From NCBI GenBank assembly GCA_965215195.1, contig CBDCDC010000002.1, forward strand, positions 2,144,001 to 2,208,000: a DNA stretch of 64,000 nt. Direction: 5' to 3'. A model generated the notes under the pieces. It was given only the letters and a program-made list of their open reading frames with translations, was not told the DNA's origin and ran no database searches. The translations under genes were made by a program, and so were the position numbers. This stretch comes from Candidatus Latescibacterota bacterium (lineage in GTDB: Bacteria; Latescibacterota; UBA2968; UBA8231). Positions 55,466-64,000 of the stretch are shown here, piece by piece; positions within the stretch are counted from its first letter, which is position 1, and each line of letters begins with the position of its first letter.

Positions 55466-57817
55466 TTAGTCTCCCAAGGCCGAGAACCGCGTCGTCAGGC
55501 GCACGCCGACTTGGCGCGGATCGCCGTAGGTTTTGTACAGCTTGTCGGCGTAATCGGGCGGCTCTAGGCCAAAGTAGAAGCCGCGCACCCCGTAGCGCTC
55601 GTCGAGCAAGTTGCGGCCCCATAGCTGCACGGACCATACATCCCACTCATAGGCAATGTGGGCGTTGACCAATTGGTACGGCTCTGAGACTTGGTCGTGG
55701 CCATCGGAAAAGAAGAATTGGTCCATACCGGTCAGGGCCAGCCGCGCCCCCAAGCCCGACCGATGGCGGTATTCGCCGCCCAAGCTAAAGGTGTAGTTGG
55801 GCGCGTGGGCTGCGGCCCGGTCCCCCAGCATTATTTCCCCGTCTTCTGTGGGGAAGGTGTACGTATCGACGTGAGTAGTGAGCAGGCCCAGCGAGCCGAA
55901 GAGTTCGACTTGGGGTACGAGGCCGACGGTCTGCTCCCACTCCAAGCCGCTGTTGCGGCCTTTGACGGCATTGGCCGTAAAGTAGAAAAAGCTGTTGGGG
56001 TCGCCCGGATCCTGTTGGCTCGACAGCTCGACCTGCTGGTCTGAGCGCAGGGCGTGGAACAGGGTCAGCCCGGTGGAATAACGCGGCCCACTGGCGCGCC
56101 AGCCAAGTTCAAAATTGACGATGTACTCGGGGTCGTAGGGGCGGTTCTCCGCGGCCAAGTACGGATGCTGGTTGACCCCGCCGGAGCGGTAGCCACGCGA
56201 GGCCGCAGCGTACAAAGTCTGGCCCGGACGCCAGTCGTAACTGAGGGCCGCTTTGCCACCGCCCAGCCATTGGTCGACGGCAAACGCGGTGCTGGTGCTA
56301 TCGGCTCCGTAATTCGTCGTCGTCCCCTCATAGGCCGTGTCGCTGCGGTCGAGCCGCGCATTGACTTCCAGCCGCAAGCCCTCGCCCAAGGCCAGCCCGT
56401 ACTGGCCGTAAAAGGCCAAATTATCGATCTCGTAGCGCCCGTTCAGGTCTGTGGCGTCGCCGCCGAACAAATAGCCCGCGGCATTGTCTTCCTCTTCGAG
56501 CCGCTTCCAATAAGCCCCCACGACCAGTTCCTCGACCAACAGCCGGGCCTCTTGGCTCAACACCGTGCGGTCGCGCACATTGCGGTCGAAAAAGTCGTAG
56601 GTCCACCCCTCGACGTCTGGATCGAAGTTGTACGGCGCTTGCAACCAGTACTCGTCGTTGCCCCAATCGCCGTCAAAGCTGTGCTCCAATTCGCTGCGCG
56701 AAAACGCAGTAATCGCCACCAGTTCGGCACCGCTCCCGCCCAGCCCCCAAGTGCTCTTGAGCGAGGCCCCGGTCGTCTGCTGGCGGTCCTTGCCCGGCTT
56801 GTCGGAATAGGTGGTCAAGTCCGCGTTGTTGTCGGGCACCCAAGCGTCGTACCCATTGTCCATATCGGCCCAGAACAACGTGCCCAACACCTCGGGGCCA
56901 GCCGCCGGGGTCCAGCCGACCTTGGCGCGCAGCAACTGCTCGCGCCGGCGGTTGGTATCGTCGGCCCCGAGGAAGGCGTTGGAGCGAAAGCCGTTGGAAC
57001 GGCCGTTTTCGTAGCCCACGCGCAGCGCCAAGTCGGTCCCTACCGGCACATTCACCGCCCCGGAAAAACGCCCTAAACCATCGCTGCCCATCTCGGCGCT
57101 GCCCGCTCCGGCAAACCCCGGCTGGGGATCGGCCGATTGCAAATTGATCAGACCGGCCAAGGCGTTGGGGCCAAAAATGGTCGATTGAGGACCTTTGAAG
57201 ACTTCGACCTGATCGACGTCAAAGAGCAAGCCGGCCGTGCCCATGCCGCTCAAGTCGACATCGTCCATGACGAATCCCACCGAAAAACTGGGCGGCCCTT
57301 CGCCGGCGTAATGGCTGCGCTCGCCAATGCCCCGGATCTGGAAATAGCGCGGCCGGGACGAGCCGCCGGCCCAATTCAAATTGGGCACCATAGCGGTCGC
57401 GTCCTGCAAGTGCCCGGCCCCGCTGGCCCGGGAACGGTCCCCATCTACCACCGTGACGCTGGCGGCCAAGCGGTCGAGCCGCCGACGCACCAAGCCGCCT
57501 TCCACCACCACCTCGGGCGCTTGCAAAACCGCGCGCTCCAAGGCCACGATTAGGGGCAAGACGACCGCTACTCGTACGCTCTCGTAGCCGATAAAGGAAA
57601 TGTCGAGAGAGTCGCCCGGGGCCGCCTCCACCCGGAACCGGCCCTCGGCGTCCGTAGTGGTAGCCCTATCCCCGGCCTGCACATTGGCCCCTTCCAAAGG
57701 GCGACCCGTGGCCGCATCCAACACTTGGCCGGGCACCTCCTCGGCTTGGGCCAAGGATAGTGCCGACAGCGTCAATAAACCGGCCAGCAAGCTGGCCGAC
57801 GGCAGTGAAATTTTCAT
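55466..57817 (-). CDS. TonB-dependent receptor, likely for thiamine uptake
   Basis: Signal peptide, N-terminal CarboxypepD-like domain, plug (FQIRGIG, VEVFKGPQST), GRNLLDERY; TPP-regulated; start MKISL. Confidence 0.88.
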   Translation of the reverse strand: MKISLPSASLLAGLLTLSALSLAQAEEVPGQVLDAATGRPLEGANVQAGDRATTTDAEGRFRVEAAPGDSLDISFIGYESVRVAVVLPLIVALERAVLQAPEVVVEGGLVRRRLDRLAASVTVVDGDRSRASGAGHLQDATAMVPNLNWAGGSSRPRYFQIRGIGERSHYAGEGPPSFSVGFVMDDVDLSGMGTAGLLFDVDQVEVFKGPQSTIFGPNALAGLINLQSADPQPGFAGAGSAEMGSDGLGRFSGAVNVPVGTDLALRVGYENGRSNGFRSNAFLGADDTNRRREQLLRAKVGWTPAAGPEVLGTLFWADMDNGYDAWVPDNNADLTTYSDKPGKDRQQTTGASLKSTWGLGGSGAELVAITAFSRSELEHSFDGDWGNDEYWLQAPYNFDPDVEGWTYDFFDRNVRDRTVLSQEARLLVEELVVGAYWKRLEEEDNAAGYLFGGDATDLNGRYEIDNLAFYGQYGLALGEGLRLEVNARLDRSDTAYEGTTTNYGADSTSTAFAVDQWLGGGKAALSYDWRPGQTLYAAASRGYRSGGVNQHPYLAAENRPYDPEYIVNFELGWRASGPRYSTGLTLFHALRSDQQVELSSQQDPGDPNSFFYFTANAVKGRNSGLEWEQTVGLVPQVELFGSLGLLTTHVDTYTFPTEDGEIMLGDRAAAHAPNYTFSLGGEYRHRSGLGARLALTGMDQFFFSDGHDQVSEPYQLVNAHIAYEWDVWSVQLWGRNLLDERYGVRGFYFGLEPPDYADKLYKTYGDPRQVGVRLTTRFSALGD

Positions 57818-57865
57818 GTCTGCTCCCTCGTTTCGGATTTGCGGAAAAATTCCGTCGAGAGCGCA

Positions 57866-57898
57866 CAAAAAAACCGCTCAACCCGGATGGGCCAGCGG
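57866..57898 (-). terminator. Riboswitch expression-platform terminator
   Basis: CCGCTGGCCC-ATCC-GGGTTGAGCGG followed by a T run on the minus strand. Confidence 0.75.
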
Positions 57899-57920
57899 CG
57901 CGTACGCGGTTCGTACGACA

Positions 57921-58002
57921 TCCGTTTCCCTACGCTGGCACGATCCAGTTCAGGTTCGAAGGGTCTCAATCTCAGGCCCGCGGCCGGGCCACCCCCAACG
58001 GA
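57921..58002 (-). ncRNA. TPP riboswitch (THI box)
   Basis: GGGGTG...CTGAGA...ACCCTTCGAACCTGAACTGGATCGTGCCAGCGTAGGGAA with P1 CCGTT/AACGG. Confidence 0.93.
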
Positions 58003-58198
58003 AGCTATATTCTCAATGTCTTTACAATATAGGCCAGGCCCTCACGCGGGGCAATGCGCGCCTATCGCATGATGAAGTAGCCGTCCTCTGCAAACTAACT
58101 TCGGTATTCAAGGTGAGATCGGTCATGGTTTTCTTTTTGATTCGACACAGGCGAAGCACTAAGGCAGCTTTTAGCGCTAGAACCCACAGAAGGACCTT

Positions 58199-59089
58199 TT
58201 ACCGCTCTTCTTTTTTCGCGGCCAACCACGCCTCGAATTCGGCTTGCAATTCGCTTTGTCGCTGACTTTTGGCCTGCGGTGTGTCGAGCGGTTCGGGTCC
58301 GTGGAAGACATCGTAGCGCAACATGGCCAAGCCCGCGTCGACCGATAGATGCTGGCCGGTGATATAACTGGCTTCGTCCGAGACCAAAAACAGCGCGGCC
58401 TGGGCAATGGCCATCGGGTCAGTCGGCACGGGCAGGGGCAAATGGCGCATCTGGCTGCCAAAGCGCACCTCGAATTCGGGCAAATACTCTTCGCCCAATT
58501 CGTCGATCACGGTCCAAGTCTTGCCCGCAGCACCGCCCGGACACACGGCGTTGACCCGCACCTTGTAGGGCCACAACTCCACCGCCATACTGCGCACCGC
58601 CCCCAATATGCCGGCCTTGGCCGCCCCGTAGGCCGGATGTCCGGGCACCCCCACTAGGGCCTGCACCGAGGAGGTGGCGACAATGGCGCCGGCACCAGCC
58701 TGCTGCATGTGGGGCAGGCAGTAGTGAGCCCCTTCCATCAGCGCCATGAGGTTGACCATCAGCAGCTTTTCGGCCCCGGCCCTGTCGAATTGGGCAATGG
58801 TGCCCGAGGCTCCAGCATTGGCATTGCTCGAGAATATATCGAGCCGCCCATAGGTCTCCACCGCTCGGTCGATGCTCTCACGCAGGCCCTGCGTAGTGCT
58901 GACATCGCCGGCGACCGCACAGGCCCGACCCCCAGCCGCTTCAATGAGCCGCACGGTTTCGCCACCGCCGACCTCGTCCGTATCGCCGATCACCACGGCC
59001 GCTCCCTCGCGCGCAAACAACCGGGCCATGGCCCGTCCGATATTGCTGCCGGCCCCAGTGATCAGGGCCACCTTGCCCTGCAAACGCAT
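58199..59089 (-). CDS. Short-chain dehydrogenase/reductase
   Basis: TGAGSNIG, YGAAK, VRVNAVCPG, ITGQHLSVDAG. Confidence 0.9.
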   Translation of the reverse strand: MRLQGKVALITGAGSNIGRAMARLFAREGAAVVIGDTDEVGGGETVRLIEAAGGRACAVAGDVSTTQGLRESIDRAVETYGRLDIFSSNANAGASGTIAQFDRAGAEKLLMVNLMALMEGAHYCLPHMQQAGAGAIVATSSVQALVGVPGHPAYGAAKAGILGAVRSMAVELWPYKVRVNAVCPGGAAGKTWTVIDELGEEYLPEFEVRFGSQMRHLPLPVPTDPMAIAQAALFLVSDEASYITGQHLSVDAGLAMLRYDVFHGPEPLDTPQAKSQRQSELQAEFEAWLAAKKEER

Positions 59090-59172
59090 GGCCTTGCTCC
59101 TTTGCTCAATGGACCGTCATCGCCGCATCCGGCAGCACCGGGCGGTGATAGCGGTACATCCAATGGACCATA

Positions 59173-60333
59173 TCAACTCCCCGGAAACGCGTACGTCTCC
59201 AATGCCCCCTCATCCACCTCAACGCCCAAACCCGGCCGATCTGTAACCTTGTAGTAGCCGTTTTCGGGTTCGTACGGCTCCTTGAGTATCCGACTCTTGA
59301 GCGCGTTGGCGCGATGGGCGTGCTCCATGATCATGAAGTTCGGACACGACGCCGACCACTCAACGGTCGCAGCAATCGCGAGGATCCCACCTCCTCCGAT
59401 ATGCGGCGCGACCGGAATGTTGTAGGTGTCGGCCAGCGTCGCAATCCGATGCCCCTCAGTAATCCCCGTCCGCGCAATGTCGTGCATCAAAATGTCGTAC
59501 GCCCGGCGCTCGAACTGCTCGCGCATTTCGTAGCGAGTGCGCGTCCACTCCCCTATCGCCACCGCCATATCCAGCGCCCGGGTGATCTCAGCCTGACCCG
59601 GAATATCCTCCGGTATTATCGGGGCCTCCAGCCAAGTGAAACGCAGCTTCTCGAGATCGCGACCCAGCAGGATCGAGCTTGAGACCGTCTGCCGCATGTG
59701 CGTATCGACCATCAGCATGATGCCCGGCCCAACGCGCTGCCGCACTGCGCGGCAAATCTCGGCGACGCCCTCCACATCCAACAACAAGTGCAACTTCAGG
59801 GCCTTGTACCCATAGCCCACGTGCTCCGCAGCCGCAGCCGCAACCTGCTCCGGGTCCGTGCCGCCGATCCCTGCGTAGAGCAAGATCTCATCTCGATAGC
59901 ACCCACCCGCAATTTTGTGGACCGGCTTTCCAATGGCCTTTCCCACGATATCCCACAACGCGATGTCAGCCCCGCCGATAGCGTCGATGTAGAAGCCCGT
60001 CGGATGTCCGCGCTCGCGCATCGCCCCGTAGTTGCGCGTCCAAATCGCCTCAATGTCGAACGGATCGCACCCTATCACCAACGGCCTAACCAATTCGCGC
60101 ACTATCGTCGCCGTAGTGTTCGGCGACACCGGCGACTGCGCCTCGCCCCACCCGACGATCCCGTTGTCCGTCTCAAGCCTGACAACTGTGGTCTCGTGAT
60201 GGGGCGCATAGATCGTCGTGGACCTCGAACGGTCCACATGGTAATCGCCGCCAGCGATCGTCGGCGGTTGCGCCGCCTCCTCGGCATGTTCACTGATCCG
60301 CAACGGGAACGCTCTAACATCAACTATTTTCAT
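59173..60333 (-). CDS. Mandelate racemase/muconate lactonizing enzyme family protein
   Basis: GWGE, DIALWDI.GK, K.LKL, LMVD, WLEAP, GE, APH, PGLGVE; likely start MKIVDV. Confidence 0.9.
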   Translation of the reverse strand: MKIVDVRAFPLRISEHAEEAAQPPTIAGGDYHVDRSRSTTIYAPHHETTVVRLETDNGIVGWGEAQSPVSPNTTATIVRELVRPLVIGCDPFDIEAIWTRNYGAMRERGHPTGFYIDAIGGADIALWDIVGKAIGKPVHKIAGGCYRDEILLYAGIGGTDPEQVAAAAAEHVGYGYKALKLHLLLDVEGVAEICRAVRQRVGPGIMLMVDTHMRQTVSSSILLGRDLEKLRFTWLEAPIIPEDIPGQAEITRALDMAVAIGEWTRTRYEMREQFERRAYDILMHDIARTGITEGHRIATLADTYNIPVAPHIGGGGILAIAATVEWSASCPNFMIMEHAHRANALKSRILKEPYEPENGYYKVTDRPGLGVEVDEGALETYAFPGS

Positions 60334-60442
60334 CGCTCTGCTCGGCCGTGTTTTGTCTTTGACGTTGTTGGGCTTGCAAAGGTACATACATAATCAGCAA
60401 TACGCGCATACCACCCGCTAAAGAACTGGCGATGAAATCCAT

Positions 60443-61126
60443 TCAAACGGCGATTTTCGACAGGGAAATATGGCCCTTGAAACAGTGGTCCACGTCAGTG
60501 CCGGGTTGTCGTCCGCGCTCTTGATAGATTCCAGTGTATAGAAAGCCGTCGCCGGTCCGCGAGAATGTGGTTCTGTGGGGGCTCGTGTCCACCGGGGCGC
60601 GTTTCGTTTCCAAGCGTACTCGGTTGTGCTCGGGATGGGGCAGATTCACGTTCAGAAAACATCCGCCTTCCTGCGTCTCGTTCAGCACCTTATCCAAAAT
60701 CGGTTGCAGCCGTTCGGCAGCCAGCGGCCAGTCAACCGACCGGCCTTTTACGGTATAGTGGGACAGGGCGATGGCCTTACAACCGTGAATAGCAGCCTCC
60801 CTAGCGGCGGCTACCGTGCCGGATTCGTACACATCCACCCCAAGGTTGCCGCCGTGATTGATACCGGAGAGCACCCAGTCACCGTCGGACGCTAGGCTGC
60901 TGAGCGCCAGACGAGTACAGTCGGCCGGCGTGCCCCATATCCTGTAGCGTTCTTCCGTCAGTTTATCCACGCGAATGGGCCTATGGGTTGTCAACTGATG
61001 TCCAACGCCAGACTGGGGCTCGGCCGGCGCGACGACGACGACCGCGCCCCACCGCGACGCCAGACGGACCAAGGTCTGTAGGCCCTCTGCTTCAATGCCG
61101 TCGTCGTTGGTAACGATTATTTTCAC
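60443..61126 (-). CDS. surE: 5'/3'-nucleotidase SurE
   Basis: TNDDGI, APAEPQSG, GTPADC, SGINHGGNLG, SGTVAAAREA. Confidence 0.93.
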   Translation of the reverse strand: MKIIVTNDDGIEAEGLQTLVRLASRWGAVVVVAPAEPQSGVGHQLTTHRPIRVDKLTEERYRIWGTPADCTRLALSSLASDGDWVLSGINHGGNLGVDVYESGTVAAAREAAIHGCKAIALSHYTVKGRSVDWPLAAERLQPILDKVLNETQEGGCFLNVNLPHPEHNRVRLETKRAPVDTSPHRTTFSRTGDGFLYTGIYQERGRQPGTDVDHCFKGHISLSKIAV

Positions 61127-61252
61127 TGCGGCCCCTTAGTACACATCAGCGGCCCCGCAGCCACAGCCGGATCAATCCCAAGATCGGCCAAGACTTCCCC
61201 TCGCGGAAGAGGGTGTATTCGTCAAGTAATTCTCCTGTTTCGCACATCTCAC

Positions 61253-62872
61253 CTAGCCGCCCGACGCCGGTGCCGTGCGCTGCCACTCCATCCACTCGCT
61301 AAGCTCGCGCTGGGTGGCGTTGAAGCGCGAGCGCACCTCCGGTGGGAACACGTAGTGATTCACATTCAAAGCGAACGTCTTCGTGGCCCAGTAATTGATG
61401 TGGTATAGCCCGTTGGAGGGATAGCTGTAGCCTCCGGCCCTGAAAGAATAGGGTACGAGGCCCGTGTAGTTTTTGGGCAGCACGAGACGATTGCCGTAGA
61501 CGAGGTCCCCCGCCTGCAGATCATCGTGTTGACCATCGTCGAACAGCGCGAGTTTCTTGACCGTGATCTCTTCTCCCCATGTCTTGTAGGACGACAAATC
61601 CGTGATGTATTCGACGATGACGGCCTGGGGGCTGCGCGAAGTGGCTCGAAACACCACGCCGCGATCATCGGCATCGGGCGAGGGAAACGGATCGGAGCAG
61701 TACAAGTCCGCTAGAAGATTCTTTTTGACAAAGGGGAAATCCGTCAGGAACGATCTCCTTGCCGCCAGAAAGCCTTTCAGACGCGAGATCGCAGCGTCAA
61801 ATTCGGCGTTGGTGCCAAGCTTGGCTCCGTCCAGATAAACGTCCGACTTGATCAACTCGTACGTTGAATCAATCTCGGCCTCCACGGCGGCGAATCCGTG
61901 CTCGATGACGACGCTGACCTTGCTCCAGAACGACTCGCGATAGGCGTCGTATTCCATCAACCTCTGAAATAGAAGATGGTGTTTCAGATGGTAGAGGTAG
62001 AGTATGGAGGCCGTTTCAAGGTCGGGCCGGTATTTTCCGGTCCATAAATTGCCGAAGGAAGCATCGTGATCCCAAGGTAAAATTTGATGCAAGCGCCCGC
62101 TCGGATCGAAATAGAGCAGCGTATTCTTCCCCACGGCGTCTTGACTGGAGATAGCATAGGCGATCGCGAAGTATTGAAGCACACTCTCCACATCCACCAG
62201 AAGGGAAATCCGCTCTGCAAAATCCTCATACGTCAGATAGAGAAGCTGATTGAATAGCCGCTGCCCATCGATATAGTCGGATTCACCTCCCACCTTCTTG
62301 TTCCACGAAGAAAAGTAGGTGTCGTAATCCAGCAATGGCGCTGTATTCCCACCGTGATTCTCGGCTTTGTAGAGACTTCCGAGCTCGTAGTCGTAGCGCC
62401 GAAGAAGATCCTGATCAGGCTCCTCTACTTGGACGAAGACGCCCATGAAGTCATCGTTGACCATCAGGCTGATGTGCGCGGTATTCGGCGCTGGATGACC
62501 GATGAACTGATACAACCTCATGGCCAGCGCGTTGCGCATCAACGAGAGATCTTCGTACTCCGCGTTGAGGTTGAGCTCCCTGACTCCAACCGGATTGGAT
62601 GGATCCTCAAACCAGACCTTCCAGCTTTTCTTTGGTTGCGAGCGGGCTACCTCGCCCCGGAATCGCACCTCGCACTCGAGAACCTCGCCCGCGAAGGAAA
62701 ATTGGGCGGGATAGCGGACATTGCTGAAGGGGGACTGGTAGAGGGCACTCAGGTCGGCGGGATCGACGGTCAGGTGATAGGTTGGAAGTTCGAGCCGTTG
62801 ATCTTGGGCATAGAGAGAAGGCACGTAGATGGACGCCGCAACGAAAACGAGCACTAGCTCCCTCATGGCCAC
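61253..62872 (-). CDS. CotH kinase-family secreted protein
   Basis: VRFRG, PKKSWKV, LNLNAEYEDLSLMRN, ILPWDHDASFG; C-terminal LFDDGQHDD..AGD.VYG motif. Confidence 0.85.
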   Translation of the reverse strand: MAMRELVLVFVAASIYVPSLYAQDQRLELPTYHLTVDPADLSALYQSPFSNVRYPAQFSFAGEVLECEVRFRGEVARSQPKKSWKVWFEDPSNPVGVRELNLNAEYEDLSLMRNALAMRLYQFIGHPAPNTAHISLMVNDDFMGVFVQVEEPDQDLLRRYDYELGSLYKAENHGGNTAPLLDYDTYFSSWNKKVGGESDYIDGQRLFNQLLYLTYEDFAERISLLVDVESVLQYFAIAYAISSQDAVGKNTLLYFDPSGRLHQILPWDHDASFGNLWTGKYRPDLETASILYLYHLKHHLLFQRLMEYDAYRESFWSKVSVVIEHGFAAVEAEIDSTYELIKSDVYLDGAKLGTNAEFDAAISRLKGFLAARRSFLTDFPFVKKNLLADLYCSDPFPSPDADDRGVVFRATSRSPQAVIVEYITDLSSYKTWGEEITVKKLALFDDGQHDDLQAGDLVYGNRLVLPKNYTGLVPYSFRAGGYSYPSNGLYHINYWATKTFALNVNHYVFPPEVRSRFNATQRELSEWMEWQRTAPASGG

Positions 62873-63065
62873 AAAGCCTTTTTACTCATCGTTTCACCTC
62901 TCAGAGAAAATGATATATTTCACGATATACGACCTTAGTGCATCCGTCAAGGATACAGTCTCGAGCAGTCCCCTTCGGCGGCAGACGGCCTTGTTAGACA
63001 CCGGCTTTGCCTCTATTCTTGGTGGTGTGTAGAGTTGGCGCGTCAACAGCTTCTAAGGGTAGAGC

Positions 63066-63842
63066 ATGACAGACGACGAAAAGTATTTCTTCGACCTCAA
63101 CGGCTATCTCATTCTCAGGGATGTCGTCGATCCGGACACCATCCGCCGCTGCAACGAGGCCATCGATCACTACGACGACCAAATCGAGGTTCACGAGCGC
63201 CGCTTTGAAGGCGAGTCCAAGGCCCTGACCAGCGATGTCCGTCAGCGCTGGAGCGATGAGATGGTCGCCTGGCAGCGACCCCACTGCGAGCCTTTCCGCC
63301 AGTTGATGGTGCATCCCCGTCTCAAACCCTACTTGCGCACAATAATCGGCGACTACCACATGATCGAGCGGCCGCGCTTGGTTGTGATGGACAAAGGCTG
63401 CGCCGGTCACTACCTCCACGGCGGCCAACCCGATCGGCGGTCCTATTCGCTGACCTATCACTGGAAATTCGGCAAGATCTACAACAGCCTGACCCTAGTG
63501 GAATTCCCGCTGGCCGACGAAGGCCCCGGCGACGGCGGCTTGGCCGTGGTCCCCGGCGGCCATAAAGCCAACTATTCGATCCCCGAAGCACTGCGCCATT
63601 ACGAGGCTTTCCAAGACGAAGTAGTCGAGATCAACGTGCGCGCCGGCGATGTCGTGATCTTCGCCGAAGCCACCATTCACGGCACCCTAGTGTGGCGAGC
63701 GGACCATCAGCGCCGCACCCTGCTCTACCCCTACTGCCCGCGCTACCAAGCCCGCGTCTCCTCCATGTACGAGGTATCGCATCCGCCCTACGTCCGCGAC
63801 ATGACGCCAGAGCAACAAGCCGTCCTCCAACCGCCACACTAA
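63066..63842 (+). CDS. Phytanoyl-CoA dioxygenase (PhyH) family protein
   Basis: EKYFFDLNGYL, LHGG, GGLAVVPGGHK, AGDVVIF.EATIHG, RRTL. Confidence 0.85.
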   Translation: MTDDEKYFFDLNGYLILRDVVDPDTIRRCNEAIDHYDDQIEVHERRFEGESKALTSDVRQRWSDEMVAWQRPHCEPFRQLMVHPRLKPYLRTIIGDYHMIERPRLVVMDKGCAGHYLHGGQPDRRSYSLTYHWKFGKIYNSLTLVEFPLADEGPGDGGLAVVPGGHKANYSIPEALRHYEAFQDEVVEINVRAGDVVIFAEATIHGTLVWRADHQRRTLLYPYCPRYQARVSSMYEVSHPPYVRDMTPEQQAVLQPPH

Positions 63843-63860
63843 AAGCGAACCCAAAGTCCT

Positions 63861-64000
63861 GTGAACGACGACGATAAATTCTTCTTCGACCTCAAAGGCT
63901 TCGTCCACCTCAAGGGGGTGCTGAACCAAGAGGAAGTGGACCGCTGCAACAGTGCCATCGACGCCCACGCCGAGCACTTTTTCCAGACCGAGCGCACCCT
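63861..64000 (+). CDS. Second tandem PhyH-family protein, runs off the window
   Basis: GTG NDDDKFFFDLKGFVHLKGVL...CNSAID, paralogous to the start of the preceding gene. Confidence 0.8.
   Translation, partial: MNDDDKFFFDLKGFVHLKGVLNQEEVDRCNSAIDAHAEHFFQTERT

Overview
GC-rich bacterial window. The FlgD-Ig 'YPNPFNP...KKTTKLP' C-termini, a 'WGQIK' C-terminus, tandem PhyH genes and CotH suggest an FCB-group/Latescibacterota-like organism (inference only). About 49 kb (396-49410, almost all minus strand) is one repeatedly duplicated and decayed locus. A propeller-sensor sigma54 activator sits beside a perfect -24/-12 promoter with palindromic enhancer repeats. The promoter drives small Cys-rich precursors with a conserved, prepilin-like leader and hypervariable cores. 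These are followed by FG-GAP/FlgD surface proteins (9 paralogs), Cys-rich FlgD fusions (3) and a putative maturation operon: FMN-binding CxxC protein, A24 prepilin-type peptidase, two thioredoxin-fold proteins (one split by IS630), TPR protein, glycosyltransferase-transglutaminase fusion, GT2 and a TonB-anchor-like DUF4159 protein (4 copies). IS5, IS630, two MITEs, REP-like palindromes and deletion scars record the rearrangements. The right 15 kb is mostly housekeeping/metabolic (NYN-CSD, Gfo/Idh/MocA, radical SAM, TPP riboswitch-TonB receptor-thiN, SDR, enolase superfamily, surE, CotH, PhyH), with a 3-gene cassette inserted at the 3' end of thiN. Family calls come from motif recognition by eye; no database searches were run.
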